This document shows, one piece after another, positions 37,273-44,655 of a stretch of 64,000 nucleotides of DNA (its first letter is position 1; each line of letters opens with the position of its first letter). The stretch comes from an uncultured Bacteroidales bacterium (GTDB lineage Bacteria > Bacteroidota > Bacteroidia > Bacteroidales > Muribaculaceae), in NCBI GenBank assembly GCA_902785925.1, contig CADAAI010000012.1, forward strand, positions 2,179-66,178. Reading direction: 5' to 3'. Position numbers and translations under genes: made by a program. A model generated the notes under the pieces. It had not been told where the DNA came from and did not search any database. It was given only the letters and a program-made list of their open reading frames with translations.

Positions 37273-37800
37273 ATGGATGCATTTATTGTAGACCCTCGAA
37301 AGACCACGCCAGAGGAAATGGAGCGTGGCATGCGTGATGTGAAATTGGTGTTTGAGATTAACCACACTATGCCTTATACCGATGAGTATAACAAACTGGT
37401 GAAAGAGCTCTTTGGCGATAACTTGGGTGAGGGTAGCATGGTGATGCCGCCACTCAAGGGTGTGTGCTTCGACCGAGTGAGGATAGGCAACAATGTGATG
37501 ATTATGCCCGATTGCCTTATGATGTCGAGAGGTGGAATTACCATCGACGATGATGTGATGATAGCTGCCAATGTGCAGCTCATCAGCAATAACCACGACC
37601 TGCACGACCATCCGTTGTTGCTATGTAAACCGGTACACATCTGCCGTAATGCTTGGATTGGAGCTGGCGCGACTATTCTGCCAGGCGTTACTGTGGGCGA
37701 GAATGCTGTGGTGGCGGCTGGTGCCGTGGTGACTAAAGATGTGGCAGAAAACACCATCGTGGGTGGGAATCCCGCTAAGTTCATCAAGAATATAGATTAA
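37273..37800 (+). CDS. Sugar O-acetyltransferase (maltose/galactoside acetyltransferase-like, hexapeptide repeat)
   Basis: 175 aa. Left-handed beta-helix hexapeptide repeats (IGNNVMI, IDDDVMI, ICRNAWIGAGATILPGVTVGENAVVAAGAVV). Confidence 0.8.
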   Translation: MDAFIVDPRKTTPEEMERGMRDVKLVFEINHTMPYTDEYNKLVKELFGDNLGEGSMVMPPLKGVCFDRVRIGNNVMIMPDCLMMSRGGITIDDDVMIAANVQLISNNHDLHDHPLLLCKPVHICRNAWIGAGATILPGVTVGENAVVAAGAVVTKDVAENTIVGGNPAKFIKNID

Positions 37801-37928
37801 TGGCGCCATTGGAAAACTCTTAATAAAGCATAAATCTTGCTTTTGTAAACCATTGATGATCTCATTACTAACATTAAAGTGCGTGACAAACTTTTTGTCA
37901 CGTTCTTTGTTGTTTGCGGTGATGATAG

Positions 37929-37936
37929 TAACTTTG
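37929..37936 (+). promoter_or_regulatory. -7 promoter box TAACTTTG for the hxlR-like/cupin pair
   Basis: Exact TAnnTTTG, 49 nt upstream of the ATG at 37985. Confidence 0.5.
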
Positions 37937-37984
37937 CAACCGAAACGAACGAAAAGTTACTAACACTATAATTCAAAAGATAAG

Positions 37985-38365
37985 ATGTTACGAGATATTA
38001 TAGTAGATCCCCATTATCCCGATTGCCCCATACGCAACATACTGACGCGAATAAGCGACCGATGGTCAATGCTCATTTTGCTCACTCTTGACGGCAAGCA
38101 AGAGCCTATGCGGTATTCTGACATTCTCGCTGTGATTCCCGACATTTCCCAGAAGATGCTGACAGTGGCACTCAAAAATCTTGAAGCTGATGGACTTGTG
38201 GAGCGTCATGCTTATGCCGAGATTCCACCACGCGTTGAATACAACATTACTGAAAGGGCAAAAACGTTGATGCCCCACATCAATAGCCTTGTTGGATGGG
38301 CATTGGAAAATCTCGCCGACATTCTTAACGACAGGAAAAAATATTCATCAAATAAAAATCATTAA
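37985..38365 (+). CDS. HxlR-family winged-helix transcriptional regulator
   Basis: 126 aa. CPIRNILTRISDRWSMLILLTL... and EIPPRVEYNITERAK are typical of HxlR. Confidence 0.85.
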   Translation: MLRDIIVDPHYPDCPIRNILTRISDRWSMLILLTLDGKQEPMRYSDILAVIPDISQKMLTVALKNLEADGLVERHAYAEIPPRVEYNITERAKTLMPHINSLVGWALENLADILNDRKKYSSNKNH

Positions 38366-38378
38366 AAAGCTATTTAAA

Positions 38379-38834
38379 ATGAAAAAGATTGAAACAATTG
38401 CACAAGGGAAGAATTTTGCCGCAGCCAACTTTGGCAAACTCAGTGAGATTATTGAACATGAACTTCCTATGGGCCCCGACTTCACATTACAAGGCAAAGT
38501 GTTCGGTGGACAGGCTGTAGGCGCAGCCGCAGGCGAGTTCTCCTTCCAAACCCTCGTTCCTGGCCAGGACAGTGGATTCCTCCACACCCATAAGACACAC
38601 GAGGAGCTCTACTTCATCCTGCGTGGAGAAGGCCAATATCAGGTTGACGGTGAGATTATACCTGTGACCGAAGGCAGTGTTATCAGAGTGTCGCCTGAAG
38701 GCAAGCGTGCCTTGAAGAACACTGGCAGCGAGAACTTGACAATGCTCTGTGTGCAGTACAATGGCGCTCCGTTCACTGAGAAAGATAGCCCGATGGTTGA
38801 CGGCACAATTCTTCAAGAACCGCTCAAATGGTAA
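38379..38834 (+). CDS. Cupin-domain protein
   Basis: Cupin motifs (GFLHTHKTHEELYFILRGEG, VIRVSPEGKRALKN). The ATG at 38379 is preferred because the longer ORF from 38289 overlaps the hxlR-like gene. Confidence 0.7.
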   Translation: MKKIETIAQGKNFAAANFGKLSEIIEHELPMGPDFTLQGKVFGGQAVGAAAGEFSFQTLVPGQDSGFLHTHKTHEELYFILRGEGQYQVDGEIIPVTEGSVIRVSPEGKRALKNTGSENLTMLCVQYNGAPFTEKDSPMVDGTILQEPLKW

Positions 38835-38861
38835 TAAATTTCTATTTTTACTGATTATAAA

Positions 38862-38911
38862 AAGTCCATAGTTTTGTGGTAGCAAATCAGCAAGACTATG
38901 GACTTGTTTTT
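38862..38911 (+). terminator. Hairpin terminator after the cupin gene
   Basis: 11-bp stem AAGTCCATAGT / ACTATGGACTT with a 22-nt loop, followed by GTTTTT. Confidence 0.55.
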
Positions 38912-39025
38912 ATTAATGTGCTTGATAATCACTTGTACACTTTGTGTGTAGTGGTAATACTGATGGGACGAAAAGAGAAATCGGCCTACTTGCTATTTAA
39001 TTAGCTAGTTAGCCGATTTTCTTAG

Positions 39026-39101
39026 TGGTGATCCGCTTGGGGCTCGAACCCAAGACCCCAACATTAAAAGTGTTGTGCTCTACCAACTGAGCTAGCGAAT
39101 C
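39026..39101 (-). tRNA. tRNA-Lys (anticodon TTT)
   Basis: Cloverleaf folded by hand on the minus strand: acceptor GATTCGC/GCGGATC, D arm GCTCAGTTGGTAGAGC, anticodon loop CTTTTAA, T arm TTGGG-TTCGAGC-CCCAA. CCA is encoded. Confidence 0.9.
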
Positions 39102-39115
39102 TCCGAAAAGCGATG

Positions 39116-39123
39116 CAAAGGTA
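39116..39123 (-). promoter_or_regulatory. -7 promoter box (TACCTTTG on the minus strand) for tRNA-Lys
   Basis: CAAAGGTA on the plus strand, 15 nt upstream of the tRNA 5' end. Confidence 0.55.
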
Positions 39124-39224
39124 CTGCTTTTTTTTGAACTGGCAAATATTTTGGTGTTAATTTGCTGATTTTTTTCAAAAAAAGCATTTCTTTACCCGTG
39201 TGCTATATGTTGTTTAAACTGGCA

Positions 39225-39665
39225 TTAGAATGGGATAGCGTCACCCTCGACAGTTGTTGCAGGTTGCTGTGCAGCTGGTTGTTGAGTGGGTTGTGCCGGT
39301 TGCTGCTCGACCTGCTGGTCGTTGGGTCGTTGTCCACCTCCCAGCATTTCGAAAGTGTCGACCACAATCTCGGTGATGTATCGTTTGATCTTGTTGCGGT
39401 CTTCATAATTGCGCGTTCTGAGTCTGCCCTCGACATAAAGTCGTGAGCCCTTGCGAACATATTTCTCGGCCACTTCGGCATTTCGTCCCCACATGACGAG
39501 GTTGTGCCACTCAGTCCTTTCGGGCACTTGCACTCCTGATGAGGTTGTATAGCCTCGGTCGCTTGTTGCGAGTGGGAATGTTGCTACTATTTGTCCTTGT
39601 GAAGGATATCTCACTTCGGGATCACGTCCCACATTTCCTAATAGTATAACTTTATTGACTGACAT
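39225..39665 (-). CDS. ssb: Single-stranded DNA-binding protein
   Basis: 146 aa. OB-fold N-terminus (MSVNKVILLGNVGRDPEVRY), Gln/Pro-rich linker, acidic tail ending in IPF. Confidence 0.92.
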   Translation of the reverse strand: MSVNKVILLGNVGRDPEVRYPSQGQIVATFPLATSDRGYTTSSGVQVPERTEWHNLVMWGRNAEVAEKYVRKGSRLYVEGRLRTRNYEDRNKIKRYITEIVVDTFEMLGGGQRPNDQQVEQQPAQPTQQPAAQQPATTVEGDAIPF

Positions 39666-39695
39666 ATGTGTAAGTTTTGAATGATTGAACTTTAC

Positions 39696-40598
39696 CTAAA
39701 AGACTTGTGCTTTGAGTGCGAGCCCCACTTTTTCTTGCAGACCGAAGAGCAGGTTCATCACATGTACTGCATTGCCTGCTGAGCCTTTCAGCAGAGCGTC
39801 GATAACCGAAGTGATGCGTATTTTGCCGTCGTGAGCAGAGAGGTTCAGAAGGCATTTGTTGGTATTTGTCACATCAGTTTCATCTACCATTTGGTCCAAG
39901 ACAAATGTGAAGCTGTGATCATCGTAATACTCATTGTAAAAGTCTTTTATGCTTTCGATATCGGCATTGGCCGAAACTTCGACGTGAGCCAGAAGTACAC
40001 GTGTAGACACGCCATCTTCTCTCTTAAGAGTAATCGATCCAGAAAAGTCGCTGTCCAAAGCCTTTATCACAGCTAAGATTTCTTGCTTTATGGATTCGTC
40101 ATTGATATTGTTGTTGAAACAGTTGTTGAAATATACCGTGACATCAATATCGCCTTTGAGAAGATGATCCTTAGCAAGTGGCACTAATGCCAGCAACACA
40201 GCCATAGCTTCGGCCGAAGGTATGAGTACATAGCCGTAGCAGTCGTGAACCATAAATTTCCGGTTTATCTCGCACAATCCATACATGCCTCCTTCATCGG
40301 CAATGCCATAGCTTCGAGACAATTCAATGACACGTAGCTTGTCATTGTAGGCAAGAGCCTCATCGCAAAGCAGGCTATCGTAGCTGTCGCAGTTGAAGAT
40401 GAGTTCTACATCATCGACGAGTGGTTCACTGAACTCAAGGTCACATTCGCCTACAAGTCCCTTGTGAACTCTTGACAACTTACCATGCTCAGAGTGACTG
40501 CTCACCCATTTCACACAAGCATCGGGATGGTTGATGAGCAATCTCACCAACTCGCCAGCCATAATGTTTTCTCCTCCAGTTATTCCAATGTTTATCAT
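39696..40598 (-). CDS. ArgC (N-acetyl-gamma-glutamyl-phosphate reductase) homologue lacking the catalytic Cys and the dinucleotide-binding glycine motif
   Basis: 300 aa, full-length similarity to ArgC (ELVRLLINHP..., NTNKCLLNL, IDALLKGSAGNAVHVMNLLFGL). The PGC active-site motif reads IPSAEA, and GGAGYTG-type reads GGENIMA. Confidence 0.7.
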   Translation of the reverse strand: MINIGITGGENIMAGELVRLLINHPDACVKWVSSHSEHGKLSRVHKGLVGECDLEFSEPLVDDVELIFNCDSYDSLLCDEALAYNDKLRVIELSRSYGIADEGGMYGLCEINRKFMVHDCYGYVLIPSAEAMAVLLALVPLAKDHLLKGDIDVTVYFNNCFNNNINDESIKQEILAVIKALDSDFSGSITLKREDGVSTRVLLAHVEVSANADIESIKDFYNEYYDDHSFTFVLDQMVDETDVTNTNKCLLNLSAHDGKIRITSVIDALLKGSAGNAVHVMNLLFGLQEKVGLALKAQVF

Positions 40599-40616
40599 GG
40601 TTGCGTAGTTAATAAA

Positions 40617-41108
40617 TTAAATGTGGTAGTCTTCAATAGGCATAAAACGGGAGAAAAACCTCAGCGCGTCTTCGTGCGATAGGTTCTCGTTGAGAATGGC
40701 AAAAACTGTATCGGCTCCGGCAATAGTGCCCAGCACTTCGTCGGAATGACTCATGTCGATGTCGTAGGCCAGACCAGCGGCATAGCCGTTGCGGGTCTTA
40801 ATCACAGCGATGTTTCCTGAGATTTTAATCGACACAAACCCTACTTGCTGATGAGCTGTCATGCTGTTTCGTCCGCTCATGAGCATACTGTCCTGCAGTC
40901 GGTTATTGTCAGGAATTATATACATGTAGCCGCCGTCGTTGGTAGCTACTTTAGTAATTTTCATCGACTTTAAGTCTCTTGAAAGCGTTGCTTGAGTAAC
41001 ATTGCACCCATTTTGCTTGAGTAGTTCGGCAAGTTCGTTTTGACTTCCGATACTATTCTTTCTTACAAGATTCAGAATCAATTGTAGGCGTTCTTTCTTG
41101 TTCTTCAT
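40617..41108 (-). CDS. argR: Arginine repressor ArgR
   Basis: 163 aa. N-terminal winged helix (SQNELAELLKQNGCNVTQATLSRDLK) and a C-terminal oligomerisation/arginine-binding domain (GTIAGADTVF). Confidence 0.88.
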   Translation of the reverse strand: MKNKKERLQLILNLVRKNSIGSQNELAELLKQNGCNVTQATLSRDLKSMKITKVATNDGGYMYIIPDNNRLQDSMLMSGRNSMTAHQQVGFVSIKISGNIAVIKTRNGYAAGLAYDIDMSHSDEVLGTIAGADTVFAILNENLSHEDALRFFSRFMPIEDYHI

Positions 41109-41257
41109 TTTTGCAAAAATTGTTTGTTTGTTGTCTTTAGTTTAATAAGGTAAAATGTTTCATTTTGTGCAAAGGTATAATAAAAAATAATATTAACCTA
41201 ATAAAAAAACGAAAATCGCAAAAATATTCATTTTTATTGTTGATTAATGGGGGATAT

Positions 41258-41271
41258 TGCAAACGTTTGCA
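41258..41271. promoter_or_regulatory. Perfect 14-bp palindrome TGCAAACGTTTGCA (LacI-family-type operator candidate)
   Basis: Exact inverted repeat centred on CG. It lies 56 nt upstream of the -7 box of the GH13 amylase gene, in the argR/amylase divergent intergenic region. Confidence 0.5.
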
Positions 41272-41326
41272 TCTTTATTTTTTCAGAAGAGCGTAATACT
41301 GATTGAAATAATACTGTTGAAATGCT

Positions 41327-41334
41327 TAATTTTG
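41327..41334 (+). promoter_or_regulatory. -7 promoter box TAATTTTG for the GH13 amylase gene
   Basis: Exact TAnnTTTG, 27 nt upstream of the ATG at 41361. It lies inside the longer ORF that opens at 41322, which argues for the 41361 start. Confidence 0.55.
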
Positions 41335-41360
41335 CTACGTATAAACAAAAGCTATATCAC

Positions 41361-44300
41361 ATGAATCACAAACCATTAGCGAAGCAGATAATGCTCATGA
41401 CATTGATGGCATGCACAGCATTGGCAGGCTGGGCATCGACAACCTTTGTGGGAGGTCGCAGCGACTTTCGCGACGAGACCATTTATTTTGCCATGACCAC
41501 ACGTTTCTATGATGGTGATGTGAGCAACAACACTTATTGCTGGGACGGGAACCAAGCTGGAAATGTCGCCAATCAGGACCCCGAGTGGCGTGGCGACTTC
41601 AAGGGACTCATTGAGAAACTTGACTACATCAAGGCGTTGGGATTTACTGCAATATGGATTACTCCTGTGGTTCAAAATGCTTCAGGCTATGACTACCATG
41701 GCTATCATGCCCTTGACATGAGCCATGTGGACCGACGTCTTGAGAGCGATGACGTGAAGTTCCAAGACCTGATTGATGCTGCTCATGCTCGTGGTATGAA
41801 GGTGATACTCGACATTGTTATAAATCACACAGGCAACTTCGGTGAGGAGAATCTGTGCAAACTCTTCAACCGTGACTATAGTGTGCCTCAGAGTGACATG
41901 AGCCAGTGTATGGTGCCGTTCACTATCTCGCAGGGAGGATTACTGCAGGACAACTACAGCAGCATGGGTGGTAGTGCGCAATACAGCGACCGTCTCTCGA
42001 AGATGAAGAACACCGACGGCCAGAATCACGATAGCCACAACCTGTGGCACCATTATGGCAACTTCAACTGGGATGAGCCCAACCGCTGGTGGGCTCAAAT
42101 CGCTGGCGACTGTGTGGACCTCAACACAGAGAATCCTCAGACCTACAGTTATTTGATAGATTGCTACGGCGAGTTTATCAAAATGGGTGTAGATGGTTTC
42201 CGCATTGACACTGGCGGCCACATCTCGAGGTTGTCGTTCAATGCAGCTTTTGTTCCAGCCTTCAAAGCATTGGGTGAGCAGTACAAGAGCAAGCGCCTGA
42301 ACGAGTGCCCGTTTTATATGTTTGCCGAGGTGTGCGCACGCTACAGTGATGTTACCTATCGTGGCCAGCCCTCGCTCTCGCCCTATTTTTACACCTGGCA
42401 GAGCGACCAGTCACTATTGAGCCAGTGGAATAATGACCCAACGTATTGGGATGGGGTAGAGGTGTATGAAAGCACAGACCCTGCTACACTCGACAATGAG
42501 AAGCTTTGCCTCGATGAGCATAATGCCAACTTGAGTGAGAGCTCACAGCCACGCAGCAATAATGCTCTGCTCAATGGCAATGATTACCATACCCCAGACT
42601 ATAGCCAGGCTAGTGGTCTCAATGTGATAGACTTTACTGTGCACTGGAATTTTCAGAATGCTGGTAGGGTTTGGGGAGTGCTTGACAAAGATAACCTCTA
42701 TAACGACGCCACTTTCAATGTGAACTATGTGGAGAGTCATGACTATGGTCCCGACAGTTTCAACCGTTTTAATGGCGGCACCGACCAATGGGCCGAGAAC
42801 CTCTCGCTGTTGTTTACCATGCGTGGCATTCCATGCCTGTTTCAGGGCGGTGAGATAGAGTTTCGAAAGGGTGTTCGCATTGACGAGGGCACAAATATAT
42901 CGCTGAAGAACAGCGGTCGTGCCTACTACGGTGGTTACCTCAAAGGTGAGGTCGAGACAACCGACTTTGGCGAGTACAGTGATGCTATCGGCAATGTTGC
43001 GGCAACGTTGAGCCGTCCGTTGGTGAAGCACATCCAGCGCCTCAACAAGATACGCGCTGCAGTACCTGCATTGCGCAAGGGGCAATATAGCAAGAGCGGC
43101 TGCTCATCGAGTGGCGGCTATGCCTTTAAGCGTCGCTACACCAGTGGCGATATCGACAGCTACGCACTCATCGCCCTCAATGCTGGCGCCACATTCACTA
43201 ATGTGCTCAACGGCACTTACACCGATGTGGTTACTGGCAATACCGTCACCGTGACCAACGGCACCTTGACTACACCATCGTTCAGTGGCAAAGGCAATAT
43301 GCGCATATATGTGCTCGATGGTCCCGGCAAGATAGGTGACGACGGTCCGTTCCTTTACACAACTAGCAATGTGACTCCCACGCAGCTCAGTTATGATGGC
43401 ACTGAGGAGGAGGGCGATCCAACCACCACCTATGTTACTGGTGGAGGCAGTAGTGGTGGCGGTGTCGACATCGATGATCTTGAGGTGTATACACCCACCA
43501 TCAGCGATGACGAATTGAGTGTGTTTTATGAGGGTCCAGCCAACAATACGTCAATCACGTTGTGGGTATGGAACAGCAACACGAATTTCACTGGTGGCAG
43601 TTGGCCTGGTCAGAATGCCAAATTGATGGGCAAGACCGAGGACGGTAGCCGCTTGATTTTCAAGTGGACCTACGAAGGTGAATTCATTGCCAGTAATATG
43701 CCCACTTGGCTTATCTTCAGCAAGAGTGGAAGCAACCAGACTCAGAACCTAGAGTTTGTGAATCATGGTTACTACATTGATGGCGTTTATGACCGTACCA
43801 TCACAGAGCAAGAGCCCGTTGATCCTAGTGTTGCTACACTGAGTGTTGACAAGGAGAGCGGCGAGTATATCGATGAGGTGACGGTTACAATCACAGCTTC
43901 GTTTAACAATGCCACAATTGTGTATACCACCGACGGCACAGCTCCTACAGCATCGAGCCCTCAAGCTACAGGCAGTGTTACACTCACATTCAACAGCACA
44001 ACAACGTTGCGTGCTGGTGTGGTGCATAATGGTGAGGTTAAGAACACGATTGTGCGCACCTATAGGATACGTTCGAGCCACGCCGCAAAGCTTCATGCTT
44101 TCTTCATCGCTCCTGCAAGTTGGACCAACACTATTTACTGCTGGGCATGGAATTCCACACTTGGTAACCAAAACTACACTGGTGGCACATGGCCTGGAGC
44201 TGCGTGCAATCTAGTTGGAAGCAAGCTCTATAACGGCCTCGACATTTGGGAGTGGGATGGTGGCATGGTTGGTGATGACATTCCCACTGGAATCATATTC

Positions 44301-44555
44301 AGCAATCATGGTAGTCCACAGACCGCCGATTTCGCTTTTGTCAATGGGGCCTTTTACAATGTGAACGGTCTTGTGACGATTGCGACTGGCGACGTCAATC
44401 TTGATGGCGCTATCACTAGTGCCGATATAACCGAACTGTATAACGTGCTGCTAGGCAATGACTACACCTATAGCTTTAATGCTGACGTCAATGCTGACGG
44501 AGCTGTAAATTCGGCTGATATTACTGCTGTATATAATATAATTTTAGGCAATTAA
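41361..44555 (+). CDS. Secreted GH13 alpha-amylase with two starch-binding-like modules and a C-terminal dockerin-type module
   Basis: GH13 regions GFTAIWITPV, DIVINHT, GFRIDTGGH, FAEV, YVESHD. Two W-rich W.WPG modules (ITLWVWNS...GGSWPGQ; IYCWAWNS...GGTWPGA). C-terminus GDVNLDGAITSADITELYNVLLG...ADVNADGAVNSADITAVYNIILGN. Confidence 0.85.
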   Translation: MNHKPLAKQIMLMTLMACTALAGWASTTFVGGRSDFRDETIYFAMTTRFYDGDVSNNTYCWDGNQAGNVANQDPEWRGDFKGLIEKLDYIKALGFTAIWITPVVQNASGYDYHGYHALDMSHVDRRLESDDVKFQDLIDAAHARGMKVILDIVINHTGNFGEENLCKLFNRDYSVPQSDMSQCMVPFTISQGGLLQDNYSSMGGSAQYSDRLSKMKNTDGQNHDSHNLWHHYGNFNWDEPNRWWAQIAGDCVDLNTENPQTYSYLIDCYGEFIKMGVDGFRIDTGGHISRLSFNAAFVPAFKALGEQYKSKRLNECPFYMFAEVCARYSDVTYRGQPSLSPYFYTWQSDQSLLSQWNNDPTYWDGVEVYESTDPATLDNEKLCLDEHNANLSESSQPRSNNALLNGNDYHTPDYSQASGLNVIDFTVHWNFQNAGRVWGVLDKDNLYNDATFNVNYVESHDYGPDSFNRFNGGTDQWAENLSLLFTMRGIPCLFQGGEIEFRKGVRIDEGTNISLKNSGRAYYGGYLKGEVETTDFGEYSDAIGNVAATLSRPLVKHIQRLNKIRAAVPALRKGQYSKSGCSSSGGYAFKRRYTSGDIDSYALIALNAGATFTNVLNGTYTDVVTGNTVTVTNGTLTTPSFSGKGNMRIYVLDGPGKIGDDGPFLYTTSNVTPTQLSYDGTEEEGDPTTTYVTGGGSSGGGVDIDDLEVYTPTISDDELSVFYEGPANNTSITLWVWNSNTNFTGGSWPGQNAKLMGKTEDGSRLIFKWTYEGEFIASNMPTWLIFSKSGSNQTQNLEFVNHGYYIDGVYDRTITEQEPVDPSVATLSVDKESGEYIDEVTVTITASFNNATIVYTTDGTAPTASSPQATGSVTLTFNSTTTLRAGVVHNGEVKNTIVRTYRIRSSHAAKLHAFFIAPASWTNTIYCWAWNSTLGNQNYTGGTWPGAACNLVGSKLYNGLDIWEWDGGMVGDDIPTGIIFSNHGSPQTADFAFVNGAFYNVNGLVTIATGDVNLDGAITSADITELYNVLLGNDYTYSFNADVNADGAVNSADITAVYNIILGN

Positions 44556-44598
44556 ATAAAAAAGTGACTGGGAATTTGTGTTTTAGCACTTGCTTTAT

Positions 44599-44606
44599 TA
44601 CTTTTG
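44599..44606 (+). promoter_or_regulatory. -7 promoter box TACTTTTG for the CBM-dockerin gene
   Basis: Exact TAnnTTTG, 50 nt upstream of the ATG at 44656. Confidence 0.5.
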
Positions 44607-44655
44607 CAAATCATGAAATAAACACTAAATTATTAACTATAAATTTTTTATTCAA

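Noticed and set aside
38289-38378. N-terminal extensions suggested by the ORF track: 38289 for the cupin gene, 41322 for the amylase, 46719 for DUF4332, 48164 for prmC, 54075 for the esterase, 6926/26693/28860/55260 at TTG codons
   Set aside because: The extensions overlap upstream genes or promoter boxes, start at non-ATG codons, or add implausible leaders. An internal ATG gives a proper signal peptide or a family-typical N-terminus in each case.
41216-41230. Possible ARG box (TCGCAAAAATATTCA) upstream of argR
   Set aside because: Only one half-site (ATTCA) resembles the TGAAT-N4-ATTCA consensus, and the region is generally AT-rich. This is too weak to call without a position weight matrix scan.
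42543-43085. 180-aa minus-strand ORF inside the GH13 gene
   Set aside because: It is antisense to a gene that contains all GH13 signature regions.
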